Source: an uncultured Brevundimonas sp. (GTDB lineage Bacteria > Pseudomonadota > Alphaproteobacteria > Caulobacterales > Caulobacteraceae). Taken from it: a stretch of 64,000 bases of DNA. Where the stretch lies: NCBI GenBank assembly GCA_964398675.1, contig CAYNNT010000001.1, forward strand, positions 38,541 through 102,540, in the 5' to 3' direction. Made by a program: the position numbers and the translations under genes. Position 1 is the first letter of the stretch. The number at the start of each line of letters is the position of its first letter. Shown here one piece after another: positions 1-10,413 of this stretch. Below the pieces are notes generated by a model that was not told the origin of the DNA, did no database searches, and saw only the letters and a program-made list of their open reading frames with translations.

Positions 1-188
1 CACAGGCGCGTCAGCGCCAGCATCATCTCTGCGATGCCGGCCACGATCCCGCCGAGCGCCGCCAGACCCTTGAACAGCACCAGGCCGGCGAGGGCAACGA
101 TCAGCACGGCTTCGACCCGCTCGCCGCGGATACGCCGTCGGGTCGCCCGGTCGGTTCGAGTGGCGCTCGCGGCTCCCTGTTTTTCCAT
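1..188 (-). CDS. hypothetical membrane protein, 5' part (runs off the window start)
   Basis: ATG at 188 opens a frame MEKQGAASATRTDRATRRRIRGERVEAVLIVALAGLVLFKGLAALGGIVAGIAEMMLALTRL with no stop before the edge; hydrophobic segment. Confidence 0.55.
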   Translation of the reverse strand, partial: MEKQGAASATRTDRATRRRIRGERVEAVLIVALAGLVLFKGLAALGGIVAGIAEMMLALTRL

Positions 189-226
189 GATGACCTTGCC
201 CGGTGCCGGCGGCGAAAGAGGAATGC

Positions 227-272
227 TTGACAGGTAAGGTTACAGACGTAATCTAACGAGATTACAAGTGTA
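227..272 (+). promoter_or_regulatory. sigma70-type promoter overlapped by two BlaI/MecI/CopY-type operators
   Basis: TTGACA 227-232, TAATCT 249-254; TACAgaCGTA 241-250 and perfect TACAagTGTA 263-272; BlaI-family gene downstream. Confidence 0.7.
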
Positions 273-331
273 GTCAATCTGGCCGGGCACGACTGGCGCG
301 CCCGTCTCATCTCCAACCATGGAGTTCGTTC

Positions 332-802
332 ATGCCTAATCCCCATTCGGCCCGCCTCGGTGCGGCAGCCCTCCTGTGCGCGCTGGCGGTTCCCGGTCTG
401 GCTTTCGCGGCGCCTTCGCGCCTCACTCTCGGCATGGTCTTCGGCGATGCCGCGCCCAGCGTGAAACTGGTCATGCTGGCCTTGGTCGTCGGCGCCTTGG
501 CGGCCGTGATCGTCACATTGATCAAGCTGGCCTCAGGGCGACGCCTCTCGGGCGGTTCGGCCTATGTCTCCGCGCTGCGACTGGGCGGTCCGCTGCTGGG
601 CCTGATGGGCGCGGTCTTCGTCATGTTGATGGGCTTTATCGGCATCGCCAACGTCGGCGAGGCGGTGCCGATGGCGGTGCTCGCCCCGGGATACGCCGAG
701 GCGGCCCTGCTGTTCCTGCTCGGACTGTTGGCCGGCGTCGTCGGCGTGATCTGTCACTGGATCATCGAGGCGCGCATCGACCGCACCATCCTGGGATCCT
801 GA
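332..802 (+). CDS. MotA/TolQ/ExbB proton-channel-like membrane protein (divergent, short)
   Basis: GPLLGLMGAV...FIGIA...AVLAPGYAEA resembles the ExbB/TolQ TM2-TM3 signature; N-terminal signal-like segment; GGAG SD. Confidence 0.6.
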   Translation: MPNPHSARLGAAALLCALAVPGLAFAAPSRLTLGMVFGDAAPSVKLVMLALVVGALAAVIVTLIKLASGRRLSGGSAYVSALRLGGPLLGLMGAVFVMLMGFIGIANVGEAVPMAVLAPGYAEAALLFLLGLLAGVVGVICHWIIEARIDRTILGS

Positions 803-807
803 CGCCC

Positions 808-1125
808 GTGCGTCTGCACGTCACAGAAGCGGAAAGCGCCGTCCTCGCTGCGCTCTGGCGGCGCGGCCCTCTGTCCTTCGCCTCCCTGATCGAGGAGGTG
901 AAGGCCGGCCAACCGTGGGCGGACGCAACCATCAAGACCCTTCTGCATCGCCTGATGCAGAAGGGCGCGGTGCGTTCCCAGAAGGAAGACGGTCGTCAGC
1001 GCTATCACGCCCTCATCGACCGCCAGAGCTATGTCGAGGGCGAGGTCCAGGACCTGCTGGACCGTCTGTTCGACGGCAAGGCGGATCGGCTGGTCGCCCT
1101 CCTGGCGGATCGGCCGGATCTCTAG
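808..1125 (+). CDS. BlaI/MecI/CopY family transcriptional repressor
   Basis: GTG start; TEAESAVLAALW...W-ADATIKTLLHRLMQKG...LLDRLFDG. Confidence 0.9.
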   Translation: MRLHVTEAESAVLAALWRRGPLSFASLIEEVKAGQPWADATIKTLLHRLMQKGAVRSQKEDGRQRYHALIDRQSYVEGEVQDLLDRLFDGKADRLVALLADRPDL

Positions 1126-1144
1126 GGACCTCCGGCGCGCACAC

Positions 1145-1177
1145 TTGACTCTATTTCGATGGTTAGCTAACTATCGA
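1145..1177 (+). promoter_or_regulatory. promoter with palindromic operator for the ArsR/SdpR autorepressor
   Basis: TTGACT 1145-1150; 22-bp palindrome TCGATGGTTAGCTAACTATCGA 1156-1177 with one mismatched pair, directly before the ATG. Confidence 0.6.
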
Positions 1178-1179
1178 TC

Positions 1180-1497
1180 ATGACCAATGTCTTCAAGGCC
1201 CTCTCCGATCCGACCCGCCGCCGGGTGCTTGAGCTCCTGCGCGGTCGGCCGATGACGGCGGGTGAGCTCAGTGAACACTTCCCCGTGTCGAAGCCGACCA
1301 TGTCCGCCCATTTCGCCGTCCTCCGCGAGGCCGACCTGGTGGACGCCTACAAGCAGGGCACGACCATCACCTACCGGATCAAGCTGTCGGTGCTGGAGGA
1401 CGCCCTGCTGGGTTTCGCCCAGACCTTCGGCTTCGGCTCCCTGAACAGCAGCCCGGTGACGGACCCCGCGTCCGCGCCCGGCAAGGAATCCGTCTGA
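1180..1497 (+). CDS. ArsR family autorepressor (SdpR-like)
   Basis: VFKALSDPTRRRVLELL...MTAGEL...SKPTMSAHFAVLREADLV...LSVLED. Confidence 0.9.
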   Translation: MTNVFKALSDPTRRRVLELLRGRPMTAGELSEHFPVSKPTMSAHFAVLREADLVDAYKQGTTITYRIKLSVLEDALLGFAQTFGFGSLNSSPVTDPASAPGKESV

Positions 1498-1907
1498 TGA
1501 TCATGAAACGTCTCGGCTTCGCCCTTGCGGTGGCCGCCGCCTTCCTCGCCGTCGCCGCCGGTATGCGCTTCGCCGCCGCCGGAGGGATGATCTCCGAAGA
1601 CCTCGCCCAGCGGATCGTGCAGGTCATGATCGGTCTGGGCCTCGCGGCCTACGCCAATATCATGCCCAAACAGTTGGGCGGTCCACGCCGGTCGGCAGAC
1701 GCAGAGAGCCGCTCCCAGGCGGCGCTTCGGGTCGCCGGCTGGTCCATGACACTGGCGGGCCTCGCCTACGCCGGGTTCTGGGCGTTCGCGCCCCTGCCGG
1801 TCGCTGACACCGTCTCCATGCTCCCGGTCGCAGCGGCGACGGCGCTCACGCTCGGCTATGCGATCTGGAGCTTCGCCGCCTGCCGCAGCGCGCCCGCCGG
1901 AAACTGA
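1497..1907 (+). CDS. 4-TM membrane protein (SdpI-like partner of the ArsR regulator)
   Basis: Overlaps the upstream stop; four hydrophobic segments; YANIMPK motif. Confidence 0.7.
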   Translation: MIMKRLGFALAVAAAFLAVAAGMRFAAAGGMISEDLAQRIVQVMIGLGLAAYANIMPKQLGGPRRSADAESRSQAALRVAGWSMTLAGLAYAGFWAFAPLPVADTVSMLPVAAATALTLGYAIWSFAACRSAPAGN

Positions 1908-1973
1908 TTGCGGCGGGTCTGCATCCAAAACGGCGACTCCGGGCCTCTGGTCTGCAGACCCGGAGCCGCGCCC

Positions 1974-2804
1974 ATGCTGAGACTGCTCGCCGCCCTTGCC
2001 GCCTTCGCCCTGCCGGGCGCCGCCATGGCCCAGACGCCCGACCCGGCGCCGATCGAGGTCATGGTGCTCGGGACCTATCACATGGGCAATCCGGGCCAGG
2101 ACCTGCACAACGCCCGGATCGATCCCGTCACGACCCCGGCGAAACAGGCCGAGCTCGCGGCGGTCGCCGAGGCCCTGGCGCGGTTCCAGCCAACCGCGAT
2201 CGCGATCGAGCGCGTGGCGCGGAACCAGTCCGACATGCTCGACCACCGCTACCCCGATTTCACCCCCGCCGATTTGCAGACCAGCCCCGATGAGCGGGTG
2301 CAGATCGGCTATCGCCTCGCCCATCGCCTCGGCCTCGAGCGGGTCTATGCCATCGACGAACAGGACCGCGACGGCCAGCCGTCCTACTTCCCGTTCGAGG
2401 ACGTCCAGAGCTGGGCCGTGGCCAACGGGCGATCAGACGCCCTCGAGGCCATGAGTGCGCAGGTCGGAGCGATGGTCGCCGACATGGAGACCCGCCAGCG
2501 AACGGATACGGTTGCCGGCCTGCTGCGTTGGATGAACACGCCCGAGCGGGCCGCGGCGGACCAGACCTTCTATACGGCCCTGCTGGCCTTCGGGGCGGGC
2601 GACGCCCAGCCGGGCGCGATTCTCAATGGCCGCTGGTACACCCGCAACGCCCTGATCTTCGCGCGCCTGATGCAGGCGGCGAAGCCCGGCGACCGGATTG
2701 TGGTGATCTACGGCGCCGGGCATGGCTACTGGCTGAGGGAATTGGTTCGGACGACGCCGGGTTTCCGACTGGTCGAGCCCAACGACTATCTGCCGCCGGC
2801 CTGA
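1974..2804 (+). CDS. DUF5694-like secreted protein (TraB/PrgY-like)
   Basis: Signal peptide (AMA-Q); VLGTYHM, FQPTAIAIE, ERVQIGYRLA, WYTRN, YGAGH motifs. Confidence 0.75.
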   Translation: MLRLLAALAAFALPGAAMAQTPDPAPIEVMVLGTYHMGNPGQDLHNARIDPVTTPAKQAELAAVAEALARFQPTAIAIERVARNQSDMLDHRYPDFTPADLQTSPDERVQIGYRLAHRLGLERVYAIDEQDRDGQPSYFPFEDVQSWAVANGRSDALEAMSAQVGAMVADMETRQRTDTVAGLLRWMNTPERAAADQTFYTALLAFGAGDAQPGAILNGRWYTRNALIFARLMQAAKPGDRIVVIYGAGHGYWLRELVRTTPGFRLVEPNDYLPPA

Positions 2805-2806
2805 GT

Positions 2807-4378
2807 TCAGGCCGCCACCACCCGCGCATCCCCGCTGGCCACAGCGTATTTCGCCCGCGTGCTCAGCGTCCCGCCGCGTTCGGACACCTTGTCCATCACC
2901 TTGAACTCGGTCTGCCAGCGTTCCGGCGTGACGTCGCAGACGACATAGCCGCGCTGGGCGTTGTTGAACTTCAGGAACGGATTGTCGGCCAGATAGCGCC
3001 GGCCGTCGGCCCGCTGGTCCTGACCGTCGCCCGATGAACTGATCGAGGTGGCGACGAATTCCGAGGCGATCGGCGCGCCTTCCGGATTGCGGCTGTCGCG
3101 GTACAACTCTCCCGCATAGTTCTGATGCTCGTCCCCGGTCAGGACGATGGTGTTGCCGATCCGGCGTTCGCGCAGCCGGTCCAGAAGTCTCTGGCGCGGG
3201 ATCGAATAGCCGGCCCAGCTGTCGAGATTGTAGCCCAGCTCCGGACCTTCCTGACGGTCCAGGTCCATGATCATGATTTGTTGGGCCAGCACCTTCCAGT
3301 GCGCCCGCGACTGGTCGAGGTTCCGGTACAGCCAGGCCTCCTGGGCCTGTCCCAGTATGTCGGCGTCGCGCGCCGAGACGCCTGCGCAGGTCTTGGACCA
3401 GCCGTCGTCGCAGGGCTGGTCCGACCGGTACTGACGCGTGTCGAGGAAGTTCAGGTCCAGCAGGTCGCCCCAGGTCGAGTGGCGGTACAGTTGCATGTCC
3501 GCCCCGCGCGGGAAGGCCGACCGGCGCAGCGGCATATGCTCATAGAAGGCCTGGGCCGCCGCCTGCCGCCGCAACAGGAAGATTTCGGGCGGCACATCGT
3601 CGGGGTCCTGGTCCGAGACCCAGTTGTTCTGGACCTCATGGTCGTCCCAGGTCACGAACCACGCGGTCGCCGCGTGACTGGCCTGCAGGTCAGTGTCCAG
3701 CTTGTACTGGGCATAGCGCCGCCGGTAGTCGTCGAGGCTGTAGGTCTCGCCGCCCAAGTGCTGGCGCGGGTTCTCGATGGTCCCGCCCGAGCCGGTGTAG
3801 GTGCGGTTGCCGCGGCCCTCGTAGATGTAGTCGCCGTAGCAGTAGACGAAGTCGAGGTCCTCGGCCGCCGCCTTGCGGTGGGCCGTATAGAAGCCCTGCT
3901 CATAGGCCTGGCAGCCCAGCACGCCGAAGCGGGCCCGGGCGACCGCGGAACCGGCCGCCGGGGCCGTCTTCGCCCGACCCGAGGGGGTCCGCTCGGCCCC
4001 TGCTGTGAACCGGTAGAAATACTCGCGGCCGGGCTCCAGGCCCGCGACTTCGACATGGACCGCGTGGCCGAGCTCGGGTCGGGCGATCGCCTCGCCTGTC
4101 TGCGCCACGTTGGAGAAGGCGCGATCCGTTGCGATTTCCCACTTTACCGGCACCGGGGCCGACGGCATGCCGTGGCCGATCTCGAGCGGGCGAGGGGCCA
4201 GCCGGGTCCAGATGACGAAGCCGTCGGGGGTCGGGTCGCCGGCGGCGATGCCCAGCTGGAACGGATATTCGGCGAACACCGGGTCGGCCAGCGCCCTGCG
4301 GCCGGACCCCAGCACCACCCCGCCGGCGCCGAGCGCCAGCATCAGGCCACGGCGGGAGACAGAATCGAGCGAACGCAT
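2807..4378 (-). CDS. phoD: alkaline phosphatase D, Tat-exported
   Basis: SRRGL Tat motif; GIAAGDP...IWTRL, GDYIYE, TWDDHEV, LDTRQYR, TGDEH. Confidence 0.92.
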   Translation of the reverse strand: MRSLDSVSRRGLMLALGAGGVVLGSGRRALADPVFAEYPFQLGIAAGDPTPDGFVIWTRLAPRPLEIGHGMPSAPVPVKWEIATDRAFSNVAQTGEAIARPELGHAVHVEVAGLEPGREYFYRFTAGAERTPSGRAKTAPAAGSAVARARFGVLGCQAYEQGFYTAHRKAAAEDLDFVYCYGDYIYEGRGNRTYTGSGGTIENPRQHLGGETYSLDDYRRRYAQYKLDTDLQASHAATAWFVTWDDHEVQNNWVSDQDPDDVPPEIFLLRRQAAAQAFYEHMPLRRSAFPRGADMQLYRHSTWGDLLDLNFLDTRQYRSDQPCDDGWSKTCAGVSARDADILGQAQEAWLYRNLDQSRAHWKVLAQQIMIMDLDRQEGPELGYNLDSWAGYSIPRQRLLDRLRERRIGNTIVLTGDEHQNYAGELYRDSRNPEGAPIASEFVATSISSSGDGQDQRADGRRYLADNPFLKFNNAQRGYVVCDVTPERWQTEFKVMDKVSERGGTLSTRAKYAVASGDARVVAA

Positions 4379-4430
4379 GCGGACCTCCGGACGGCGAAGG
4401 CTCTGACCTAGCCCGGATTTGTGACGCGCG

Positions 4431-4862
4431 TCACGGGGCCGGTTGAGGCGTGGGCCTCCACGCACGCATCTCGGCGATCTCGCGCGTCTGTGCGTCCTTG
4501 ACCAGCCGGGCCATGCGCCGGATTTCCGGGTCGCGCGACTGCGCCAGCGCGACATCCGCCATGGCCACGGCGCCGCGGTGGTGTTCGATCATCTTGGCGA
4601 TATAGGCCTGGTCCACTGTCTCGCCTGACGCCCGGGCCATGCCCGTGTGCATGGCGGCTTCCGAGGCGGCAAAGGCCTGATCGCCCGGCGTGGAGCCATG
4701 GCCGCCGGCGTGGGTCGGCGCGGAAACAACGCCCTCCTGCACGGTCGCGGCATGGTTCTCGGCCGAGGCCTCTCGCAGGGCCTGCTGGACGGGATCCCCA
4801 CCGCCGTCGCAGGCCGACAGGGTCAGGGCGAGCGCGGCAACGGCGATGAGCGAGGGGCGCAT
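4431..4862 (-). CDS. DUF305 (CopM-like, ferritin-like) lipoprotein
   Basis: Lipobox LSAC; MIEHHRGAVAMA...AQTREIAEM; start overlaps the purL stop. Confidence 0.85.
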   Translation of the reverse strand: MRPSLIAVAALALTLSACDGGGDPVQQALREASAENHAATVQEGVVSAPTHAGGHGSTPGDQAFAASEAAMHTGMARASGETVDQAYIAKMIEHHRGAVAMADVALAQSRDPEIRRMARLVKDAQTREIAEMRAWRPTPQPAP

Positions 4863-7078
4863 CAGGCGTGTCCCTCTATCCACGCCGGCATCCAGCTCTC
4901 ATGCATCTCGCGCAGGTGGTCCAGCGGCAGCCGGAACAGGTCGCCGCCGGGGCCGCCCGAGGCGAAATCCCGCCCCTTGGCCCGGCCGACCACCGAGGCT
5001 CGCAGGCCGGCGGCCTGGGCGGCGGCGATGATCTCCGTCGCATCGGCCACGGCGACGAGGTAGCGGGCCTGATCCTCTCCGAAGAGCAGGATGTGGGCAT
5101 GGCCCTCCGAGCTTGCGTCCAGCTCGACGCCGCAGTCGGAGGCGAGGGCGATGTCCGCCGCCGCCCCGATCAGTCCGCCGTCCGACAGGTCGTGCACGCA
5201 GGTCAGGGCGCCGGCCTCGATCTGCGCGCGGACAAAGTCGCCGGTCCGGCGTTCGAGCGCCAGATCGACCGGCGGCGGGGCGCCGTCCTCGCGGCCCAGC
5301 ACTTCGCGCAGGTAGATGGAGGAGCCCAGCTCGCCCTTGGTCTCGCCGATCAGGACCAGCACATCGCCCTCGACCATGCCGCCGAAGCCGACGACCACGT
5401 CATAGTTGGTCAGCAGGCCGACGGCCCCGACCGTCGGGGTCGGCGGAATGGCCGCGCCATTGGTCTCGTTATAGAGGCTGACGTTGCCGCTCACGACCGG
5501 GAAGTCCAGCACGCGGCAGGCCTCGGCCATGCCGTCGATGGCGCGGACGATCTGGCCCATGATCTCGGGCCGCTGCGGATTGCCGAAATTGAGATTGTCG
5601 GTGATGGCGATGGGCAGGGAGCCGACGGCCGTCAGGTTGCGCCAGGCCTCGGCCACCGCCTGTTTGCCGCCCTCATAGGGATCGGCCTTGACATAGCGGG
5701 GGGTGCAGTCCGAGGTCATGGCCAGACCCTTGTCCGTGCCGTGCACCCGCACCACGCCCGCGTCGGCGGCGGTGGCCGAGTCGTGCAGGGTGTCGGCCAT
5801 GACGTGGCGGTCGTACTGCTCCCAGATCCAGCGCTTGGACGCCATGTCGGGGCAGCAGACCACCTTGATCACCGCATCGACCCAGCTCTCGGGCGCGGGG
5901 ACGTCGGCCGGGGCGAGGCGCGGCTGGAGCGTGGGCTGGACCCACGGACGATCATACAGGGGCGCGTCGTCGAAGAGCGGGGCCAGCGGCACGTCGCAGA
6001 CCGTCTCGCCATGGTGTTTCAGCACCAGATGGCCGGTGTCGGTGGTCACGCCGATCACGGCGGCGTCGAGGCCCCACTTCTTGAAGATCCGATGGCCGTC
6101 TTCCTCGCGGCCGGGCTTCAGCACCGCCAGCATCCGCTCCTGGCTTTCCGACAGCATCATCTCATAGGCCGTCATCCCCTCTTCGCGCTGGGGCACGGCG
6201 TCCATGTTCAGCTCGATGCCGACCGCGCCCTTGCCGGCCATTTCGACCGACGACGAGGTCAGGCCTGCGGCGCCCATGTCCTGGATGGCCGCGACGGCCC
6301 CCGAGGCCATCAGCTCCAGCGTCGCCTCGATCAGCAGTTTCTCGGCGAAGGGATCGCCGACCTGGACGGTGGGCCGCTTCTCGTCCGAATCCTCGTCGAA
6401 CTCGGCCGAGGCCATGGTCGCGCCATGGATGCCGTCGCGGCCGGTCTTGGATCCGAAATAGACCACCGACAGACCCGGCGCCGGGGCGGCCGAATAGAAG
6501 AGGGCGTCGGCCTTGGCCACGCCCACGCACATGGCGTTGACCAGGATGTTGCCGTTGTACCCGGCGTGGAAATTGGTCTCGCCCGCCACCGTCGGCACGC
6601 CGACGCAGTTGCCGTAGCCGCCGATGCCGGAGACCACGCCCTTGACCAGCCGCTTGGTCTTCTCGTGCGACGGATCGCCGAAGCGGAGGGCGTTCAGCAG
6701 GGCCACGGGCCGCGCGCCCATGGTGAAGACGTCGCGCATGATGCCGCCCACGCCCGTCGCCGCGCCCTGATAGGGCTCGATGAAGCTGGGGTGGTTGTGG
6801 CTCTCCATCTTGAAGATGCAGGCGTCGCCGTCGTCGATGTCGATGACCCCGGCGTTCTCGCCGGGGCCGCAGATCACTCGCGGGCCCTTGGTCGGGAATT
6901 TGCCGAGATGGATCTTCGAGGACTTGTACGAGCAGTGCTCGGACCACATCACCGAGAAGACGCCCAGCTCGACATGGTTGGGCTCTCGCCCCAGCCGGTC
7001 GAGGACGACCTGATACTCGTTCGGGGCCAGGCCGTAGTCGGCGGCCAGTTCAGCCATGGTCTTTTGGGGAGCGCTCAT
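4862..7078 (-). CDS. purL: phosphoribosylformylglycinamidine synthase subunit PurL
   Basis: [32 protein letters not shown]. Confidence 0.98.
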   Translation of the reverse strand: MSAPQKTMAELAADYGLAPNEYQVVLDRLGREPNHVELGVFSVMWSEHCSYKSSKIHLGKFPTKGPRVICGPGENAGVIDIDDGDACIFKMESHNHPSFIEPYQGAATGVGGIMRDVFTMGARPVALLNALRFGDPSHEKTKRLVKGVVSGIGGYGNCVGVPTVAGETNFHAGYNGNILVNAMCVGVAKADALFYSAAPAPGLSVVYFGSKTGRDGIHGATMASAEFDEDSDEKRPTVQVGDPFAEKLLIEATLELMASGAVAAIQDMGAAGLTSSSVEMAGKGAVGIELNMDAVPQREEGMTAYEMMLSESQERMLAVLKPGREEDGHRIFKKWGLDAAVIGVTTDTGHLVLKHHGETVCDVPLAPLFDDAPLYDRPWVQPTLQPRLAPADVPAPESWVDAVIKVVCCPDMASKRWIWEQYDRHVMADTLHDSATAADAGVVRVHGTDKGLAMTSDCTPRYVKADPYEGGKQAVAEAWRNLTAVGSLPIAITDNLNFGNPQRPEIMGQIVRAIDGMAEACRVLDFPVVSGNVSLYNETNGAAIPPTPTVGAVGLLTNYDVVVGFGGMVEGDVLVLIGETKGELGSSIYLREVLGREDGAPPPVDLALERRTGDFVRAQIEAGALTCVHDLSDGGLIGAAADIALASDCGVELDASSEGHAHILLFGEDQARYLVAVADATEIIAAAQAAGLRASVVGRAKGRDFASGGPGGDLFRLPLDHLREMHESWMPAWIEGHA

Positions 7079-7145
7079 GGGCGCGCCTTCTAGCCGTTGA
7101 ACAGAGTCGTGTCAGCCACTGCTTGGGACGTGTGCGAGATAGGGA

Positions 7146-7967
7146 TCAGGCGGTCGGGCGCTCGACGCCCGGGCGCAGGCGAAATGTCAGCAGGACGGCG
7201 CCCAACAGAACCGCCACGCCGGCCGCCAGCGCCACATAGGCCAGCATCGGGTTGCGCCCCTGCTCGGCGACGAACGCCCCCAGCAAGCCCCACGCGATCG
7301 GCAGCCCATAGGCGAGGGTCCGCAGGCGGTGTGTGACGCCGAGCGCAACAGCCCCCACCACGGCGATGGCCAGAATCGCCCAGACGGTCGGCGACAGGAC
7401 CTCGGGCAGCCAGCCGTTGCCGGTGGCCACGGTGATCAGATTGACCGGCGCCGCGACGGTCAGCCAGCCCGCCAGCATCGCCAGCGGCCACACGGTCATC
7501 CACCGGTCGCGATCGCCGCGGGGCAGGGCGCGGATGGCGCCGGCGTTGATCATCAAGGGTATCAGCAGGACGGCCAGAGACCCGAAGATCAGCACGATCG
7601 TCGCCATCTCCCAGTCGAAAGCGGCCGCCACGACCCACCAGCCGATGCCGAGCAGGGCGGCGACCGACGGCCAGCCCAGCCGATGGATCAGCAGGCTCTC
7701 ACCCGTCCGGGGCAGGGCCTGCCGCACGGCATAGACCACCAGCCAGAGATAGATCACGCCCCAGATGGCGAAGGCGTAGCCCGCGACCTTCAGGGTGGCG
7801 TCGCTGTCAGCGGCGAACTCGGCCGGGCTCTGGCCCCATTGAAGCAGGACCTGCGTCTGGCCGATCACGATGGCGAAGATCGTGGCGGCCAGGACGACCA
7901 GCCTGCGGGTCATCTGCGACGGGGTGGGACGTACAATGGACATGGCGGCTCCAGATGCGGTGGTCAC
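7146..7967 (-). CDS. tryptophan-rich multi-TM membrane protein (TspO/MBR-like)
   Basis: AGYAFAIWGVIY and GWLTVA motifs; about 8 hydrophobic segments; start may be 7943. Confidence 0.7.
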   Translation of the reverse strand: MTTASGAAMSIVRPTPSQMTRRLVVLAATIFAIVIGQTQVLLQWGQSPAEFAADSDATLKVAGYAFAIWGVIYLWLVVYAVRQALPRTGESLLIHRLGWPSVAALLGIGWWVVAAAFDWEMATIVLIFGSLAVLLIPLMINAGAIRALPRGDRDRWMTVWPLAMLAGWLTVAAPVNLITVATGNGWLPEVLSPTVWAILAIAVVGAVALGVTHRLRTLAYGLPIAWGLLGAFVAEQGRNPMLAYVALAAGVAVLLGAVLLTFRLRPGVERPTA

Positions 7968-8067
7968 CAGTACGCGCTCAAACGGTGAAGGTTCAATCCG
8001 ACCCCGCGGCCGGCCTGTCTGACGCTTTCATCTTGACGGACGCCGTTCTCCCGCCTCCGATCAGCGC

Positions 8068-9099
8068 ATGGCGAATATGGAAGATGGCCACCGCGCCGCG
8101 ATTGAAGCCGCCGACCGCGCGCTGGCTGTCGATGCCCGCGATCCGGGTGCGCTGATCGCCAAGGGTGATGCGCTCGCCGGGCTCGGCGACGGTCGGGCGG
8201 CCGCCAGCTTCTACAGCGCCGCCCTGCGCGTCGCCGGCGACGGCAGGGGTCTGGCGCCGGCGGTCATCACCGAGTTGCGACGCGCCCAGGCCGCGGTTCA
8301 GGCCCAGGCCCGGCAGTTCGAAGCCCACCTCACGACCAGTCTCGCCGGCGCCGGTTTCAACCCCTCCACCTCAAGCGACCGCTTCGCGCTGTCGCTCGAC
8401 CTGATGGCCGGCCGCAAGCGTCTGTATCAGCAGGAGCCGCGCTTCTATCTGTTTCCGGGCCTGCCCCAGATCCAGTTCCAGCCCCGCGAGACCCTGCCCT
8501 GGCTGGCGGCGGTCGAGGCGGCTGCGGGGGAGATTCGCGCCGAACTGGACGCGTTGCTGGCCGAACCCGACCTGTTCCGCCCCTATGTCGAACCGCGGGC
8601 GGACCGGCCCAACCAGGACGCCGTCGGCATGATGTCCAACGCCGACTGGAGCGCCCTGTTTCTTTGGAAGGACGGCGAGGAGCAGCCCGATATCGCCCGG
8701 CGCTGTCCGCGCACCCTGGCGGCGCTCGCCGGGGTTCCGCTGTGCCGGGTCCCGGGCCGGACGCCGTCAATCCTGTTCTCGAAGCTCAGGGCCGGCGCGC
8801 GCATTCCGCCGCATCACGGCCTGATCAACACCCGGCTGATCTGCCATCTGCCCCTGATCGCCCCGCCGGGCAGCCGCTTCCGCGTCGGCAATGACATGCG
8901 AGAGTGGCGCGAGGGTCAGGCCTGGGCGTTCGACGACACCATCGAGCATGAGGCCGTGAACGACAGCGGTCAGGACCGCACCATCCTGATCTTCGACGCC
9001 TGGAAGCCGGAGATGAGCGAGGAAGAGCGCGCGCTGGTCTCCGCGCTGTTCCAGGCGGTCGACGCCTATGGCGCGGGCGGTCAGGCCTGGGGGGTCTAG
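8068..9099 (+). CDS. aspartyl/asparaginyl beta-hydroxylase domain protein with N-terminal TPR-like region
   Basis: [15 protein letters not shown]...RLICHLPL...[10 protein letters not shown]...R.ILIFD. Confidence 0.88.
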   Translation: MANMEDGHRAAIEAADRALAVDARDPGALIAKGDALAGLGDGRAAASFYSAALRVAGDGRGLAPAVITELRRAQAAVQAQARQFEAHLTTSLAGAGFNPSTSSDRFALSLDLMAGRKRLYQQEPRFYLFPGLPQIQFQPRETLPWLAAVEAAAGEIRAELDALLAEPDLFRPYVEPRADRPNQDAVGMMSNADWSALFLWKDGEEQPDIARRCPRTLAALAGVPLCRVPGRTPSILFSKLRAGARIPPHHGLINTRLICHLPLIAPPGSRFRVGNDMREWREGQAWAFDDTIEHEAVNDSGQDRTILIFDAWKPEMSEEERALVSALFQAVDAYGAGGQAWGV

Positions 9100-9641
9100 G
9101 CTTTCAGGCGGGCCGGATTGCCGACCGCCGTCGCGCCGGCAGGCACGTCTCGCGTGACCACTGACCCGGCGCCGATGATGGCGTCATCGCCGATGGTGAC
9201 GCCGGGCAGGATGATGGCGCCGCCGCCGATCCAGACGTTGCGGCCGATGGTGACGGACCGGCCGAACTCGATGCCTTCGGCCCGCTGGCCGGGATCGCGC
9301 GGATGGTCGGCGGTCAGGATCTGCACCCCCGGCCCGATCTGTGTCTGGTCGCCGATCTCGACCTCGCAGACGTCCAGAACGACGCAGTTGAAATTCATGA
9401 AGACGCCGCGGCCCAGGCGGATGTTGTAGCCATAGTCGCAGTGGAACGGCGGCCGGATGACCGCGCCTTCGCCGACCTCGCCCATGCGTTGGCGCAGCAG
9501 GTCGCGGCGCTCCGCCGGACTGGCCGCCATGGCGGCGTTGTAGCGGGCCATCCACTGTTTCGCGGCGGTCTGGTCGGCCTGAAGCTCGGGATCGCCGGGA
9601 TCGTAGGGCAGGCCCGAGATCATCTTCTGGCGTTCGCTCAT
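9096..9641 (-). CDS. maa: maltose/sugar O-acetyltransferase
   Basis: [28 protein letters not shown] hexapeptide repeats. Confidence 0.9.
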   Translation of the reverse strand: MSERQKMISGLPYDPGDPELQADQTAAKQWMARYNAAMAASPAERRDLLRQRMGEVGEGAVIRPPFHCDYGYNIRLGRGVFMNFNCVVLDVCEVEIGDQTQIGPGVQILTADHPRDPGQRAEGIEFGRSVTIGRNVWIGGGAIILPGVTIGDDAIIGAGSVVTRDVPAGATAVGNPARLKA

Positions 9642-9717
9642 GAACATCGGTCGGCCCCCGGACTGCGCCACGGGAGATCGACTGACGCACGCCGTCCGGT
9701 CAAGTCCGCAGTCCGCC

Positions 9718-10380
9718 TCAGGCGGCGGCGAAGACGCTGCGGAACAGGGTCGCGCCGTCGGCGGAGCCCAGTTCTTCCTCGAACGCCCGGTCGGGGTGGG
9801 GCATCAGGCCCAGCACATTGCCGCGCGCATTTTGCAGGCCGGCGATGTCGGCGACCGAGCCATTGGGGTTGTCGACGTAGCGGAAGACCACCTGTCCCTC
9901 GCCCTCGATGCGGGCCAGGGTCTCGGCGTCGGCGAAATAGTTTCCGTCGCCATTGCCCTGGGTCATCACCACCTCGCGCTGGCCCTGATAGCCGGCGGTG
10001 AAGCGGGTCTGGCCGTTGGCGACGGTCAGGGCGATGGGCTTGCAGACGTATTTCAGTCCGGCGTTCCTGAGCAGGGCGCCCGGGAGCATCCCGGCCTCGC
10101 ACAGGATCTGGAAGCCGTTGCAGATGCCGACCACGGCGACGCCGTCGTCCGCGGCCTTCTTCACCGCCTGCATGACCGGCGACTGCGCCGCCATGGCCCC
10201 GCAGCGCAGGTAATCGCCGTAGGAGAAGCCGCCCGGCAGGATGATCAGGTCCAGACCCGACGGCAGTTCCGTCTCCTGGTGCCAGACCATATCGACCCGC
10301 TCGCCGGTGGAGCGTTCGACGGCGACCTTGCAGTCGCGGTCGCAGTTGGAACCCGGGAAGACGATGACGGCTGCGCTCAT
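9718..10380 (-). CDS. purQ: phosphoribosylformylglycinamidine synthase subunit PurQ
   Basis: [33 protein letters not shown]. Confidence 0.97.
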   Translation of the reverse strand: MSAAVIVFPGSNCDRDCKVAVERSTGERVDMVWHQETELPSGLDLIILPGGFSYGDYLRCGAMAAQSPVMQAVKKAADDGVAVVGICNGFQILCEAGMLPGALLRNAGLKYVCKPIALTVANGQTRFTAGYQGQREVVMTQGNGDGNYFADAETLARIEGEGQVVFRYVDNPNGSVADIAGLQNARGNVLGLMPHPDRAFEEELGSADGATLFRSVFAAA

Positions 10381-10413
10381 GGCGCGGCCCTGTAGCAGCG
10401 TTTGCGGGTCATG

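Noticed and set aside
376..807. Long N-terminal extension of the BlaI-family ORF
   Set aside because: Overlaps the ExbB-like gene out of frame; family similarity begins only at the GTG at 808
1920..1946. Third GCATCC ECF-like promoter before the DUF5694-like gene
   Set aside because: The -35-like hexamer is present but there is no GTA/CGTA at the expected spacing
4868..7093. 741-aa ORF antisense to purL
   Set aside because: Shadow frame typical of high-GC coding DNA; no motifs; purL is unambiguous
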